NCBI GenBank assembly: GCA_043718395.1
Contig: JAYSVS010000211.1
Coordinates: 1,166 to 65,165, forward strand
Direction of reading: 5' to 3'
Origin: Acidobacteriota bacterium
Lineage (GTDB): Bacteria > Acidobacteriota > Terriglobia > Bryobacterales > Bryobacteraceae
Length of the DNA: 64,000 bases
The notes beneath the pieces are model-generated. The model had not been told where the DNA came from and ran no database searches. It worked only from the letters and a program-made list of their open reading frames with translations. Below, in pieces: positions 20,585-28,375 of this stretch. The first letter of the stretch is position 1. Each line of letters starts with the position of its first letter. The translations under genes and the position numbers were made by a program.

Positions 20585-21969
20585 GCTGCTGGACTTGTCG
20601 GCGCTTCCTTTCCGAACAAGCCCTGATCCTCGGTCGCAGCATCGTATTTTGGGTTTTCCTTAGGCATGACTGCTCCAACAGATTCCCTCCACTTCCCCAG
20701 TAAATTCTTCATTCTCCCGGCACGCCGCTTTTCTTTCTCTGCAAGGTTCCTGCTTTCCCCCTGATCGCGATCCAAATCAAACAGTTCCAGTCTCCCGGTC
20801 TCATAGAATTCGATCAACTTCCAGTTCTTCTCAATTACTGCTCCACCCGGAACACCACCCTGATTCGAATAGTGCGGGTAGTGCCAATACAAAGCTTCTC
20901 GACTCAGCCTTCGCTTCGTGCCGTCAAGCAACCCCGCCATCGATACCCCATCAATGCCTCCTGGCTTTGCCAATCCCAAGAGATCCACAATTGTCGGGTA
21001 CAAATCGATTCCAGAGACTCTCTCGTTTACTTCTAACCCCGCCTTGCTAAGGCCAGGGGCCTTCACAATCAATGGCACCCGGATCCCACCTTCATAAAGA
21101 TGCCCCTTGCCAGCCCGCAACGGACGGTTATCGGTCACCGCCTCCCGGTTCTTGCCTTCATATCGCAGTCCCCCGTTGTCGGAACTGATCACCCAGATCG
21201 TGTTGTCATAAGTTCCTGACCCCTTCAGTTGCTCGCGCATCAAGCCGATCTGTTGATCGGTAATTCGCAGCATCTCTGAATAAGTACCCTCTCGTGAAGA
21301 ATACCCAGGTGCCTGTAAAGGTAGATGCACAGCATAGTTGGGCCAGTACAAGAAGAAGGGGCTCCGCCCGGCATCTGCAAACTTTCTCGCCGCCTTGCCC
21401 AATTCTGCCGTCAAATAATCTTGTGCCGTCCTCCCTTCAAGACCAGGCAAGTCAAACGGCCCGAAGTACGCATTTGCACCCTTATGATTGCCGCCCGTGT
21501 TGTGATCGAAACCCTGGTCGGCCGGCATGTGTCCATCGCTTCCGCCCAAATGCCACTTCCCCACCGATCCCGTGCGGTATCCTGCCTGCTTCAACACCTC
21601 AGCGATCGTTACTTCTTCCAGCGGTAGAAAGGTGCCCGTCTTCGGCGTTAGAAGCTTGGCCGTTGGCCACTGTGCCCGCCCCGCAATCCAGTCTGTCACC
21701 CCCGTCCTTGGTGGATACTTGCCTGTCAGAACCGCCGCTCGCGAGGGGCTGCATACCGGGCAGGCAGCATAAGCTTTGGTGAACCGTGCTCCTTCTGCGG
21801 CAATCGCATCGATATTGGGTGTGACTGGCTTCGTACTGCCATAGCAACCAAAATCCTTCCAGCCCAAATCGTCAAAGAGCACCACAATAATGTTGGGCTG
21901 TTTCTTTTGAGCTCCCATCAATCCGCCAGTCAATCCGGCAAGAACGGCTCGTCGTGTTTGGTTTCTCAT
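20581..21969 (-). CDS. Formylglycine-dependent sulfatase (arylsulfatase family)
   Basis: A Tat-like N-terminus (MRNQTRRAVLAGLTGGL) is followed by the sulfatase signature CPVCSPSRAAVLTGKY (CxPxR) and GKWHLGG. Confidence 0.85.
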   Translation of the reverse strand: MRNQTRRAVLAGLTGGLMGAQKKQPNIIVVLFDDLGWKDFGCYGSTKPVTPNIDAIAAEGARFTKAYAACPVCSPSRAAVLTGKYPPRTGVTDWIAGRAQWPTAKLLTPKTGTFLPLEEVTIAEVLKQAGYRTGSVGKWHLGGSDGHMPADQGFDHNTGGNHKGANAYFGPFDLPGLEGRTAQDYLTAELGKAARKFADAGRSPFFLYWPNYAVHLPLQAPGYSSREGTYSEMLRITDQQIGLMREQLKGSGTYDNTIWVISSDNGGLRYEGKNREAVTDNRPLRAGKGHLYEGGIRVPLIVKAPGLSKAGLEVNERVSGIDLYPTIVDLLGLAKPGGIDGVSMAGLLDGTKRRLSREALYWHYPHYSNQGGVPGGAVIEKNWKLIEFYETGRLELFDLDRDQGESRNLAEKEKRRAGRMKNLLGKWRESVGAVMPKENPKYDAATEDQGLFGKEAPTSPAA

Positions 21970-21992
21970 TAGTTTGGTTTTACAGTAGTGTT

Positions 21993-22616
21993 ATGGAAAT
22001 TCAGCCTTCACCGGCGCTAGTCGAAATCGTGGTGCTCGATGACGACAACGACTTCCGCAATTATATGGAAGATGTGTTGGTGGATGATTCTCAATTTTCC
22101 GTGCGTGGCTTCTCTCACCCCGAAGATCTGTTTCTGGCAGCAGAACAGCGGCTCCCCGATATCGTTCTTCTCGACATGAAGATGGGCGACTTCAAGGGTG
22201 AGCAAGTACTCGATCAACTTCTAACTCGCTGGCCCACCCTTTGCGTCATCATCGTCACCGGCTACCCTTCTCTTGACGACATGCGTGCGGCTTTGAAGCG
22301 TAAAGCGTTTGACTATCTCACTAAACCCTTTAGCCTCGCTCAGCTTCGTACCACTCTAGCCAATGCGATTGAGGCCTTTGGCCTTGGGCGTGCCGCTCAA
22401 GATCGTCTCCGCGAACGACTCGGCCACCGTATCAAGTTGCTCCGCGTTGAGAAGGACTGGAGTTTGAAAGATGTCGCTGCAGCCACCAAACTCAGCGTAA
22501 GCCAAATCAGTTCGATCGAGCGAGGTGCCCACCTGCCTTCCCTTGAAAGTTTTCTGGCGATTTGCAAAGCCTTCGACAAGAAGCCTTCTGAGATCCTCGC
22601 CTCGATTGAATTCTAG
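21993..22616 (+). CDS. Response regulator with receiver domain fused to an XRE-type HTH
   Basis: REC hallmarks are present: VVLDDD, DIVLLDMKM (phospho-Asp), IIVTGY and YLTKPF. The C-terminal WSLKDVAAATKLSVSQISSIERG matches an XRE/Cro HTH. I chose the ATG at 21993 (MEIQPS...) over the ORF-track start at 21954, which would overlap the divergent sulfatase start. Confidence 0.8.
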   Translation: MEIQPSPALVEIVVLDDDNDFRNYMEDVLVDDSQFSVRGFSHPEDLFLAAEQRLPDIVLLDMKMGDFKGEQVLDQLLTRWPTLCVIIVTGYPSLDDMRAALKRKAFDYLTKPFSLAQLRTTLANAIEAFGLGRAAQDRLRERLGHRIKLLRVEKDWSLKDVAAATKLSVSQISSIERGAHLPSLESFLAICKAFDKKPSEILASIEF

Positions 22617-22641
22617 GCTCCCGATGAGACAATAGAAGGCG

Positions 22642-23094
22642 ATGAAAGCACTCTGTGAAATGGCTACGGTCGAACAAGTTCGCATCAACATCAAAGCCAC
22701 CGAATCGTTCTCCCTCAATCCTGATGCCGACCTGATGGAAATCCAGCTCTTCAGCTCCAAAGGCACTCTGCTTGGAAAGATCAAGGAACTGCTCTTCGAT
22801 AAATGGAACGTCGGAGAACTCCCGGTCGAGCCTGGCCAACACGACAATACTTCCTTTGTTCAGAACCCTGTCAAGTTCAACTACGATGACCGCTGGATCG
22901 ATTGTGATGTATTTGCCCACCTGAAGATTGGTCTCGAGCGATATTTCGGCGACCTCAACGACGCTCAAGTCGCTATGCTCACTGGTACTGGCCCTGACGT
23001 CGACATGCCCGAGATTGAAGACGGTTGGCGCAAGTTGGAACCCGAAGAAGAAGTAGATGCCGAGATCACTTTTAACGGTATTACTTCTTACTAG
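22642..23094 (+). CDS. Hypothetical acidic protein
   Basis: A 150-aa ORF starts 25 nt downstream of the REC-XRE gene on the same strand. I recognise no motif. Coding is supported only by ORF length and context. Confidence 0.4.
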   Translation: MKALCEMATVEQVRINIKATESFSLNPDADLMEIQLFSSKGTLLGKIKELLFDKWNVGELPVEPGQHDNTSFVQNPVKFNYDDRWIDCDVFAHLKIGLERYFGDLNDAQVAMLTGTGPDVDMPEIEDGWRKLEPEEEVDAEITFNGITSY

Positions 23095-24328
23095 CTAGCA
23101 GCGCCTCAATTGTTTCCTCATGGGCTGCAAATAACACTGGCCAGTCAAAGTGCATTCTCGCTTTGCCAGCGCCGTTTCTGCCAAGCCTCCGCCCAAGTTC
23201 TCTATCCCGCCAGACCATTTCGATCTTGGCTGCAAAATCCTGCGCACTCGCAGGGTCTGCCAGCAACCCGTTCCAACCGTCCTCGATCACGCTCGGGATT
23301 CCACCGCTTGCTGTCGTCACCACCGGCAAGCCACAAGCCGAAGCTTCGCACAATACTCGTCCCATCGTCTCGGCATCGCGCAGACCTGTGCGCGGGTCCA
23401 CTACCTCCCTGCTCGAAAGAACAAAAACATCGCTGGCATGCAGATAGTCCCTCAATCGATCCCGGTCCACATAGCCCAACATTTCAATTGCACTGTTCAA
23501 GCCCAGGCCGGCCACAAGCTCCTCCACTCGCTTCCTGGCGCTCCCCTCACCGGCAATCAGCAGGCGAGGCTTCAAGCCTTTGTCCCGTAACAGCCCAACC
23601 GCTTCAACCAGCGTGTCCAGACCCTTTTTCTCCACCAGCCGGCAAGCCGTCAAAAGATAGAACTGATCTTCTGCCATTCCCAATTCCTGCCTCTTGCTTA
23701 TTCCTCCTGCGAAAAAATTAACATCAACTCCTCCTGGCAGCAGTCCCACTCTCTCCTCCGGTATCGCCAAATCCAGAAGTAATCGCTGTGTGAAGGCTGA
23801 ATTGGCAAAGATCCGTGCCATCCGCCCAGCCGAATCGCGCATCATCGCCGACCGTTGTTTGAGCATCAGCGCTTCCATTCTTTGCGGCCATCGCCAGTGT
23901 TTCCATTTGCTGTAAATCTGCCTTTCGACCCAAGGCAAATCAAGTACCCGGCTCCCCACCCGGAATGGCCACGCGATCCACGGTCGCAGCACATCATTTC
24001 CCGCGCTTCGGCAAAACATTGGAACTCCCGTTTGCGCTGTCAACTCCCCGTAATACACGGTCGATGAATAGATCAAATCTGCTCTCATTTCGTTGGCCAA
24101 TTGAGTCAGCTTCCTGACGTTTGCTTTGTAAGCCACACGCGACATTACGCGATGAACTGAGAATGGCAGGGCTGGGATACTCACTGGCCCCTCTTCCAGT
24201 CTGTAGGTGGCCACCACTAAGTGATACCCGCGATCATACAGCCAGCGGCTCAACTCCAGGGCATGAGTCTGCATTCCCCCAAACGAGGGCGGGAACTCCG
24301 TCAACACCAGCAACAAACGTTTGGTCAT
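23081..24328 (-). CDS. Glycosyltransferase, GT-B fold, group 1 (GT4-like)
   Basis: MTKRLLLVLTEFPPSFGGMQTHALEL is a typical GT4 N-terminus. The C-terminal half carries EASACGLPVVTTASGGIPSVIEDGWNGLL (E-x7-E region). The ATG at 24328 was verified as CAT on the + strand at 24326-24328. The longer ORF-track N-terminus is R/S-rich and overlaps the RRM gene. Confidence 0.8.
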   Translation of the reverse strand: MTKRLLLVLTEFPPSFGGMQTHALELSRWLYDRGYHLVVATYRLEEGPVSIPALPFSVHRVMSRVAYKANVRKLTQLANEMRADLIYSSTVYYGELTAQTGVPMFCRSAGNDVLRPWIAWPFRVGSRVLDLPWVERQIYSKWKHWRWPQRMEALMLKQRSAMMRDSAGRMARIFANSAFTQRLLLDLAIPEERVGLLPGGVDVNFFAGGISKRQELGMAEDQFYLLTACRLVEKKGLDTLVEAVGLLRDKGLKPRLLIAGEGSARKRVEELVAGLGLNSAIEMLGYVDRDRLRDYLHASDVFVLSSREVVDPRTGLRDAETMGRVLCEASACGLPVVTTASGGIPSVIEDGWNGLLADPASAQDFAAKIEMVWRDRELGRRLGRNGAGKARMHFDWPVLFAAHEETIEALLASKK

Positions 24329-24444
24329 AGTTGTGGGTAATATAGGAGTATAGTTTTGAGGTTGGCTCCTGTCGGTATGTCGATGAGAATGGCTGGCGCG
24401 GATTCCCTCATGAACGACCAATAGTAGTACAGAGTTTAGGAGAC

Positions 24445-24759
24445 ATGATGACGAATATCTACGTGGGGAACCTTTCCTTCCGTACGACCGAAATCGACCT
24501 GGAAGCAGCTTTTTCTGCTTATGGTCCGGTCGACAAAGCAACGATCGTGAAAGAGCGCGAAACCGGCCGTAGCCGCGGTTTTGGTTTCGTGGAAATGCCG
24601 AACGCCGATGAAGCACAGCGCGCGATTGCATCAATGAATGGAAAGGACCTCGGTGGCCGTGCCCTTCAAGTTAACGAAGCACGTCCACGCGAAGAGCGCG
24701 GTCCTGCTGGCGGTGGTGGTGGCGGTTTTGGCCGCGAGCGCCGCGAACCCCGCTGGTAA
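24445..24759 (+). CDS. RNA-binding protein with one RRM domain and a Gly-rich tail
   Basis: RNP-2 NIYVGNLSF and RNP-1 RGFGFVEM are present. The C-terminal tail is GGGGGGFGRERREPRW. TAGGAG lies upstream of the ATG. Confidence 0.9.
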   Translation: MMTNIYVGNLSFRTTEIDLEAAFSAYGPVDKATIVKERETGRSRGFGFVEMPNADEAQRAIASMNGKDLGGRALQVNEARPREERGPAGGGGGGFGRERREPRW

Positions 24760-24771
24760 CCATCCAGCCCT

Positions 24772-25086
24772 TCATTTTATCGACTTACGCAAGAGCGGAG
24801 GAGCGATCCTCCGCTCTTGCTTTTCGAAAACAGGTACCAGCACGGACTCGATCCAGGCAAACGCAGCTTCCAGCCCCTCAGCTTCGTACAACCTTCCGAT
24901 CTTCGCTTCTACCTCTGATGCTTCACCCGTGATTTGCAGGAATCGATTTGAAGTCATCCGCACCGCCTTCTCGTGATCGATCCCAGCACCTTCACCCAAG
25001 ATCCTTCGCCGCGTGTAAAGCGACAACACCGCATCCCCCACCCACGCTTGTTCCAAAATCTCTCGCTGTCTTGCTTTAGCTCCCAT
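24772..25086 (-). CDS. RNase III-domain protein (Mini-III-like)
   Basis: The 104-aa product carries EQAWVGDAVLSLYTRRRI, resembling the RNase III signature (E.LEFLGDAVL) in a single-domain protein without a dsRBD. Confidence 0.5.
   Translation of the reverse strand: MGAKARQREILEQAWVGDAVLSLYTRRRILGEGAGIDHEKAVRMTSNRFLQITGEASEVEAKIGRLYEAEGLEAAFAWIESVLVPVFEKQERRIAPPLLRKSIK
24789..24824 (+). terminator. Rho-independent terminator of the RRM gene
   Basis: Perfect 14-bp stem GCAAGAGCGGAGGA / TCCTCCGCTCTTGC with GCGA tetraloop (24789-24820), followed by TTTT (24821-24824). Confidence 0.8.
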
Positions 25087-25277
25087 ACTTCCCTTCTGTA
25101 TAGTCTAATGGGATGCTCCCCCTGCTTCTTCTTACTTGGGCAAAAACTCAAGTCATTCTCCTCGGCACAGGCACGCCAAATGCCGACTCGTTCATGAGGT
25201 CTATAGCGAACTCGGCCTCACCCACCTCCTGCTCCGGGCTGGCAGCGCATACAGGGCTAACCTGTATAATGATCTGT

Positions 25278-25511
25278 ATGGGTCAAATCAACATCATCCT
25301 GAGTCCAGAATTCGAGCGGGATCTTCAAGAACTGATGAAAATTCGAGGGATCCGGACCAAGTCGGATGCCATCCGGATTGCAGTGCGGGAGATTGTACAT
25401 AGAGGTCCGGCACCGGATACAACTCAGTTCGGCGAATTGCTCGGGGCTGGCCTGCGATCTCCAATGAATCCAAAGCCCAGGTTCAGCGCCGAGGATGACC
25501 TTTGGTCGTAG
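25278..25511 (+). CDS. vapB: Antitoxin, VapB-like (ribbon-helix-helix type)
   Basis: The 77-aa product MGQINIILSPEFERDLQELMKIRGIRTKSDAIRIAVREIV shows an RHH-like pattern. It overlaps the downstream PIN gene by 10 nt. The ATG at 25278 was verified. Confidence 0.6.
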   Translation: MGQINIILSPEFERDLQELMKIRGIRTKSDAIRIAVREIVHRGPAPDTTQFGELLGAGLRSPMNPKPRFSAEDDLWS

Positions 25512-25882
25512 ATAGCTCCATCCTTCTTGCCATCGTCTTTAACGAGGCCAAGGGGCCATGGTGTGTAAAGCAACTCCAGGATCATGCCGCGGAATTGCTG
25601 ATGAGCACCGTGAATTACGCTGAAGTGCTCATTCTAATTTCAGACAGACAGCCTAAACTGGCTTCGCAACTGCGAGACCAGATATCGGCGCTGCCGATCC
25701 GGTTTGTTTCGCCGACTGTTCAGCAGGCCGAGATTGCCGCCCAGGCTCGAATGAAGTTCCCTCTAAATCTCGGGGATTGCTTTGCCTATGCATTGGCAAA
25801 GGAGCAAGACTGTGGACTGCTGACGCTGGATCGGGACTTTCGCAATACCGATCTCTTGGTTTTGCTGCCTCCTGCAAAGTGA
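25502..25882 (+). CDS. vapC: PIN-domain toxin VapC
   Basis: TTG start. The N-terminal VVDSSILLAI (first acidic residue), NYAEV, LNLGDCFAYALA and LLTLDRDF match the PIN acidic quartet context. Confidence 0.8.
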   Translation: MVVDSSILLAIVFNEAKGPWCVKQLQDHAAELLMSTVNYAEVLILISDRQPKLASQLRDQISALPIRFVSPTVQQAEIAAQARMKFPLNLGDCFAYALAKEQDCGLLTLDRDFRNTDLLVLLPPAK

Positions 25883-26198
25883 ATAGAAGTTGGGCGTATT
25901 TGGAAGATAAAACTAGGGTTGAGCGTTTCGGATCTCTTCCCGCATTCTCGATCTGCGCCAAGCGAGTTGGAAGAGCGTTTCTTGGCCGAGTAGTCGACCT
26001 GCCCCAAACCGAAATTCGTATGGCTGGAGATAGCAACAGTTGTAGAGATTGGCGGCGAACGACGTTCAATGCTGAGAACGGGTAGGAACTTCGCAAGGTG
26101 CAGCTCAGACGTCCCGTTAGCGTATGACGCGTCTGATGTAGATGTTTTCAAATGAGGTGCAGACCGGAAGTGCAATACCTGCGCGTGCGGTTTTTAGG

Positions 26199-26867
26199 TC
26201 AGGGGCAGCGTCTCCGCTTTGCCGCCTTTTCAATGTAGAGGGCGGCGTCGGGTGTCTTGCAGGTCGTCTCTCCGTGATTTATCTCGACTTTGCCGATGCG
26301 TTTAGCGGCCTCGATCGCCTTCTTACGAAACTTTGGCTTGCAGCTCCCGATCGAGATCAGCGCGGTGTTCATCGCATAGCGCGCCCAGTTCTGGGCGCTG
26401 TGGATCTCCGCTTCGATCAGTGCCAATACCTTTTCCGCTTCCTCGTCGCTGATCGAGTCCGGGTCATCCTTCAGGCGGACGCTGAAAATTCCGTAGCCTA
26501 TTTCGCGAGTGGACTCTTCCGGCATTTTCATCCAGGATTGCATCGTCTCGTCGGCTACGGGGCTGTGCGCCAGTAGCTGGCACAAATAACAGAAAAGGAA
26601 ATGGGCGGGTCCGTCCTTGAGCAGCTTGTCAGCTGCGGATCGTGTGACCTTATTTGGGTCAGAGACCAGGAGGGCCAGGATACGGGCCTCGGCGTTGCCC
26701 GTCTCCCAAAGATTACCGGCTAGCGTGTGGTCGATCTTGATTTTTTTCTGTAGCTTGGCGATTTCTGAGGTGAGCACGCCAAAGACGTTCTCTCCCGATC
26801 CATGGCGCTTGTAAATTGTCGCCGTTTGGGGTTTGCCCAGTTTTTTGAGCGTTGCCAAAATTTCCAT
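26199..26867 (-). CDS. DNA alkylation repair protein-like (AlkD-type HEAT repeat)
   Basis: MEILATLKKLGKPQTATIYKRHG...FGVLTSEIAKL...LWETGNAEARILALLVSDP resembles the AlkD/HEAT-like repeat family. The ATG at 26867 avoids the overlap with the upstream FAD oxidase gene. Confidence 0.6.
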   Translation of the reverse strand: MEILATLKKLGKPQTATIYKRHGSGENVFGVLTSEIAKLQKKIKIDHTLAGNLWETGNAEARILALLVSDPNKVTRSAADKLLKDGPAHFLFCYLCQLLAHSPVADETMQSWMKMPEESTREIGYGIFSVRLKDDPDSISDEEAEKVLALIEAEIHSAQNWARYAMNTALISIGSCKPKFRKKAIEAAKRIGKVEINHGETTCKTPDAALYIEKAAKRRRCP

Positions 26868-26959
26868 GGCATTCCACCGCCTTTCGCTGCCCTTCAGCAT
26901 CCCCGAAGCATATCGTGGAGACAGACAGAATGGGGACAGTCTTCCTCGAAGCTCGACAG

Positions 26960-28363
26960 CTACGAAGCCGCACCAGGTTTGATGTTCTGATTGAAACAAA
27001 AGAGATTGGTGGGATCGTACTTGGCTTTCAGCATGGTCAGACGGGAAAAGTTCTTGCCGTAAGCGGACTCAATCCGGTCAGCGCCCTCATTGTCGAGGTA
27101 GTTGACGTACACTCCGCCAGACGAGAACGGTTGAATGGTTCGCCACAAGTCATCCGCCCACGCAATCTGGCTTTGGGAATCCGCCGCCTCTGTCCACATT
27201 GGCATAAGCACCACATCATAGGCCGCATTGCGATGGGGATAAGCGGTCTCTTCCATTCCCACCCGACCTACGGCACCGCCCAAGTGCTCAATGAGCACGC
27301 TTGTGTAAGGTGACTCGGCTGCTCGAAATCCATCCAACAAGGCATCAATCAACTCGTCGCTGAGTGTGTGCAGCAAGCTTGACTTCCAATAGTTGAAGCG
27401 TCCATGCGGGAAACTTTGATCCACCATCGATTGCGCGTTGACGTAAGGCATCGGTTGCAGCATATCCATGACCGGAGGGCCGAAAGCTCGAAGCGGTGCG
27501 ACCAACTTTTCTCCTTCTTCGAGAGGTCCGGTATAGCAAACTACAATAGCGACCATTGGGTGGCCGTCGGCAGACTTCAGCAGGCATGCCCAGGCACTCA
27601 TCTCCTCCGGTACCCTGCTCGTGTAGTCGCGGTAAAAGCGCAGCACGTCCTTACCTGTCTCTAACGGGTGAAGAAGCATTCCGGCCAGGACAGTTGGCCC
27701 CACGGGATGGAGGCGAAACTCAAAGGCGGTAACGATTCCGAGGTTGGATTGCGATCCACGCAGCCCAAAGAAAAGATCGGTATTCTCAACTGTGCTGGCT
27801 CTTCGAAGCTGACCATCGGCGGTGACAACCTCCAGCGATAAGAGGTTATCGAGCGCTAGACCATGCTTACGCATCAACCAGCCAAAGCCCCCTCCCAGAG
27901 TCACGCCCGCTACGCCAGTTTGTGAGCAAATGCCTCCGGTGGTTGCCAGTCCAAACGCTTGCGCTTCACGGTCAAATTCACCCCACGTGACGCCGGCTTC
28001 TACACGGGCCTTACGGCCTTGCGGATCTAAATCGATCCGTTTCAGCCGGGACATGTCGAGTTGCATGCCGCCGTTGCAACTCCCGCTTCCGGAAACGTTA
28101 TGACCGCCGCCCCGCACTGCGACTGGAATGTTCTTTTGCCGTGCAAATTGAACGGCGGCACTGACGTCGGGTGCGCCGGCGCACCTTACGATGAGCGCGG
28201 GCCGCTTGTCATGTAAGGCATTCCAAATCGACCGGGCCTGGTCGTATCCCTCATCTGCGGCACTCAGCAAATCGCCTTGTAAGCTCGTGCGTAACACTGA
28301 GAGGGCTTCACTACTGAGTTCAATTTCATGACCTGCGGTGTTAATCACTCTTACAATTGGCAT
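26960..28363 (-). CDS. FAD-linked oxidase with a berberine-bridge-enzyme-like C-terminus
   Basis: The FAD_binding_4 pattern is present: PALIVRCAGAPDVSAAVQFARQKNIPVAVRGGGHNVSG...GGICSQTGVAGVTLGGGFGWL. The C-terminal YVNYL...NFSRLTMLKAKYDPTNLF is BBE-like. Confidence 0.85.
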   Translation of the reverse strand: MPIVRVINTAGHEIELSSEALSVLRTSLQGDLLSAADEGYDQARSIWNALHDKRPALIVRCAGAPDVSAAVQFARQKNIPVAVRGGGHNVSGSGSCNGGMQLDMSRLKRIDLDPQGRKARVEAGVTWGEFDREAQAFGLATTGGICSQTGVAGVTLGGGFGWLMRKHGLALDNLLSLEVVTADGQLRRASTVENTDLFFGLRGSQSNLGIVTAFEFRLHPVGPTVLAGMLLHPLETGKDVLRFYRDYTSRVPEEMSAWACLLKSADGHPMVAIVVCYTGPLEEGEKLVAPLRAFGPPVMDMLQPMPYVNAQSMVDQSFPHGRFNYWKSSLLHTLSDELIDALLDGFRAAESPYTSVLIEHLGGAVGRVGMEETAYPHRNAAYDVVLMPMWTEAADSQSQIAWADDLWRTIQPFSSGGVYVNYLDNEGADRIESAYGKNFSRLTMLKAKYDPTNLFCFNQNIKPGAAS

Positions 28364-28375
28364 AAGTCGACCTTT

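Noticed and set aside
24329-24634. A 102-codon N-terminal extension of the glycosyltransferase ORF (ORF-track start at 24634).
   Set aside because: The extension is R/S/H-rich and not protein-like, and it would overlap the RRM gene start on the other strand. The internal ATG at 24328 gives the canonical GT4 N-terminus MTKRLLLVLTEFPP.
25113-25277. The ORF-track start at 25113 for the antitoxin ORF (132 aa).
   Set aside because: The first 55 codons are unrelated to RHH antitoxins and contain the MBL-like relic. The ATG at 25278 gives a typical 77-aa antitoxin with a TATAAT box just upstream.
26868-26999. An N-terminal extension of the AlkD-like ORF that overlaps the 3' end of the FAD oxidase gene.
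   Set aside because: The extension has no family-like sequence. The ATG at 26867 starts at MEILATLKKLGKP, where the similarity begins, and removes the overlap.
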